From an uncultured Pseudomonadota bacterium (GTDB taxonomy: Bacteria; Pseudomonadota; Alphaproteobacteria; Acetobacterales; Acetobacteraceae), in the NCBI GenBank assembly GCA_963832865.1, contig CAWHWH010000041.1:431532-495531 (forward strand): a DNA stretch of 64,000 nt, in the 5' to 3' direction. The translations under genes and the position numbers were made by a program. Under the pieces are notes generated by a model. The model ran no database searches, was not told where the DNA came from, and saw nothing but the letters and a program-made list of their open reading frames with translations. Below are positions 62,475 through 64,000 of the stretch, piece after piece (the first letter of the stretch is position 1; each line of letters opens with the position of its first letter).

Positions 62475-64000
62475 TTAGTTGCTCGGGCCTTTGGCTGCCT
62501 GCTCCGCCTCGGCCATCCTTTTCGCCATTTCCGCTTTCACAGCCTCAAGGTTGAAGCTCGCGCCACGTTGCATCGGTGGGAAATCGAGGAAGGTTTGAAG
62601 TTCCTTGCCCACTATCTGTTGAACAAGCACAAAGCGCCAGAATTGGTACTTGAACCAATCGAAATATTGCTGCGCCCCGTCTTTTGTCCCGTTGCCGGGC
62701 CAGCCCGTGCGCTCGAATGGATCAAGGCGCAGGTTGGTGATGTAAGGCACGTCAGGATGCGTCTTTTCACCCAGCCAGCCCTGAGGTTGGTCGATGAAGC
62801 GGAACTTGTAATCGTCAATACGAACCGCGCCGACCGTGCTTTCGCCGAGGTAGAAGATCTCGTGACGCGCGGACGGCCCCTTGCCGGTGATGGCGGCCAT
62901 CTGATCATAGCCGTCCAGATGATTTTTATAAGTGGCGTCGCCAAGCTTTACCCCTTTGAGCAACTGTTCCGTGATGTTCGGGTTGCCCGCGGCATCGAGA
63001 AAGGTGGGGTACCAGTCCAGTCCGGAGAAGATGCCGTTTTGCACCGAGTCCGCCGGCACATGACCGGGCCAGCGAAGCAGCGCGGGCACCCGAAAGCCGC
63101 CCTCGAGGACCGTTCCCTTGGACTGTGCGAACGGCGTCTGACCACCATCGGGCCAGGTGAAGACTTCGGTGCCGTTGTCGGTGGTGAACACGACGATAGT
63201 GTTTTCGTCCTCGCCAATGTCCTTAAGCTTCTTCATTACCAAACCGACGTCGTCATCGAGTTGAGCCATGCCGGCTTCTTCTCCCGACCAGCCATTCTCC
63301 GAGTTGCGCAGCGCTTCATACTTCGGGGATAGATGGGTGACGATGTGCATGCGAGTGGGATTGAGCCAAACGAAGAACGGCTTACCATCTTTCTTGGCCT
63401 TGTCGATAAAGTTTATGGCGAGGTCGCGGATCTCGGCATCCACGGTCTCCATGCGCTTGGGATAGAGCGGCCCGGCGTCCTCGATCCTCTGTTTGCCGAT
63501 CTTGCCCCACCGTGGCATCTCCGTCTGGTCATCGACGGTCGTCGCCCAGCTATGTACCATGTTCCGTGGGCCGACCACGTTCAGCAGATTCTGCGGGTAG
63601 TTGGGATGCGCCGGATCTTCCATCGCGTCCAGGTGGTATAGATAGCCGAAAAACTCGTCGAACCCGTGGACCGTCGGCAGGAATTCGTTCAAGTCGCCGA
63701 GATGGTTTTTGCCGAACTGGCCGGTTTCGTAGCCCTGTTCCTTGAGCGCCGTTGCGATGGTGCTTGCTTCCGCTGGGATGCCGATTTTGGCGCCCGCCTG
63801 GCCCACCGTGGTCATCCCAGTGCGAATTGGCAACTCGCCCGTAATGAAGTTCGCACGACCCGCGGTGCAACTCGCTTCGGCGTAATAGTCGGTGAATATC
63901 ATGCCTTCCTTGGCGATTTGATCCAGGTTCGGCGTCTTGCCGGCCATCAGGCCGCGATGGTACGCGCCGATGTTCCACATGCCGATATCGTCGCCCATGA
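62475..64000 (-). CDS. arylsulfatase (formylglycine-dependent sulfatase), N-terminus runs off the window end
   Basis: 'GDDIGMWNIGAYHRG' and 'SCTAGRANFITG' (C-x-A/P-x-R FGly motif). The apparent M at 63998 aligns to an internal Met of the conserved '..IMGDDIG' block. Confidence 0.88.
   Translation of the reverse strand, partial: MGDDIGMWNIGAYHRGLMAGKTPNLDQIAKEGMIFTDYYAEASCTAGRANFITGELPIRTGMTTVGQAGAKIGIPAEASTIATALKEQGYETGQFGKNHLGDLNEFLPTVHGFDEFFGYLYHLDAMEDPAHPNYPQNLLNVVGPRNMVHSWATTVDDQTEMPRWGKIGKQRIEDAGPLYPKRMETVDAEIRDLAINFIDKAKKDGKPFFVWLNPTRMHIVTHLSPKYEALRNSENGWSGEEAGMAQLDDDVGLVMKKLKDIGEDENTIVVFTTDNGTEVFTWPDGGQTPFAQSKGTVLEGGFRVPALLRWPGHVPADSVQNGIFSGLDWYPTFLDAAGNPNITEQLLKGVKLGDATYKNHLDGYDQMAAITGKGPSARHEIFYLGESTVGAVRIDDYKFRFIDQPQGWLGEKTHPDVPYITNLRLDPFERTGWPGNGTKDGAQQYFDWFKYQFWRFVLVQQIVGKELQTFLDFPPMQRGASFNLEAVKAEMAKRMAEAEQAAKGPSN

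Overview
High-GC (~63-65% by eye) alphaproteobacterial chromosome segment; Acetobacteraceae/Rhodospirillales or Rhizobiales is a low-confidence guess from EF-Tu and ribosomal protein sequences. The core (23.8-40.8 kb, minus strand) is a nearly complete str/S10/spc/alpha ribosomal superoperon, rpsL-rpsG-tuf-rpsJ...rplQ. It lacks fusA between rpsG and tuf, and several r-proteins carry low-complexity extensions, including an 8x18-bp perfect tandem repeat inside rplD. The left part (0-23.8 kb) holds housekeeping and metabolic genes: ctpA, SDR, NPP-type phosphatase, paiB, argG, ROK glucokinase, polA, DUF1223 and lctP. These surround a decayed accessory patch at 8.5-16.6 kb. In that patch an MFS gene is split by an IS whose transposase is frameshifted. 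A second, 5'-truncated and diverged copy of the same IS lies 5.4 kb downstream. Between the copies sit an orphan, multiply damaged kdpA remnant, an LLM oxidoreductase and a two-gene DUF2325 module. The right part (41-64 kb) has an asnB-type amidotransferase with a rare-codon uORF and triple repeat, then tRNA-Ala(CGC). Next comes a compact type II secretion-like cluster: SLT, gspG, gspD, gspK-J-I-F-E, gspO, a small secreted protein and gspH. No gspC/L/M is visible, and gspD and gspK each carry a single-base frameshift. Further right are a Tat-signal ferritin-like protein, a 2-hydroxyacid dehydrogenase and a KefB/C-type antiporter. The most interesting candidate is a tight four-gene Dlt-like cassette at 57.5-62.1 kb: an MBOAT, a membrane-anchored SGNH/DltD-like protein, a carrier protein and a fatty-acyl-AMP ligase. 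It looks like an uncharacterised trans-envelope acylation system in a Gram-negative. All calls come from reading translations and motifs by eye; no database searches were run.
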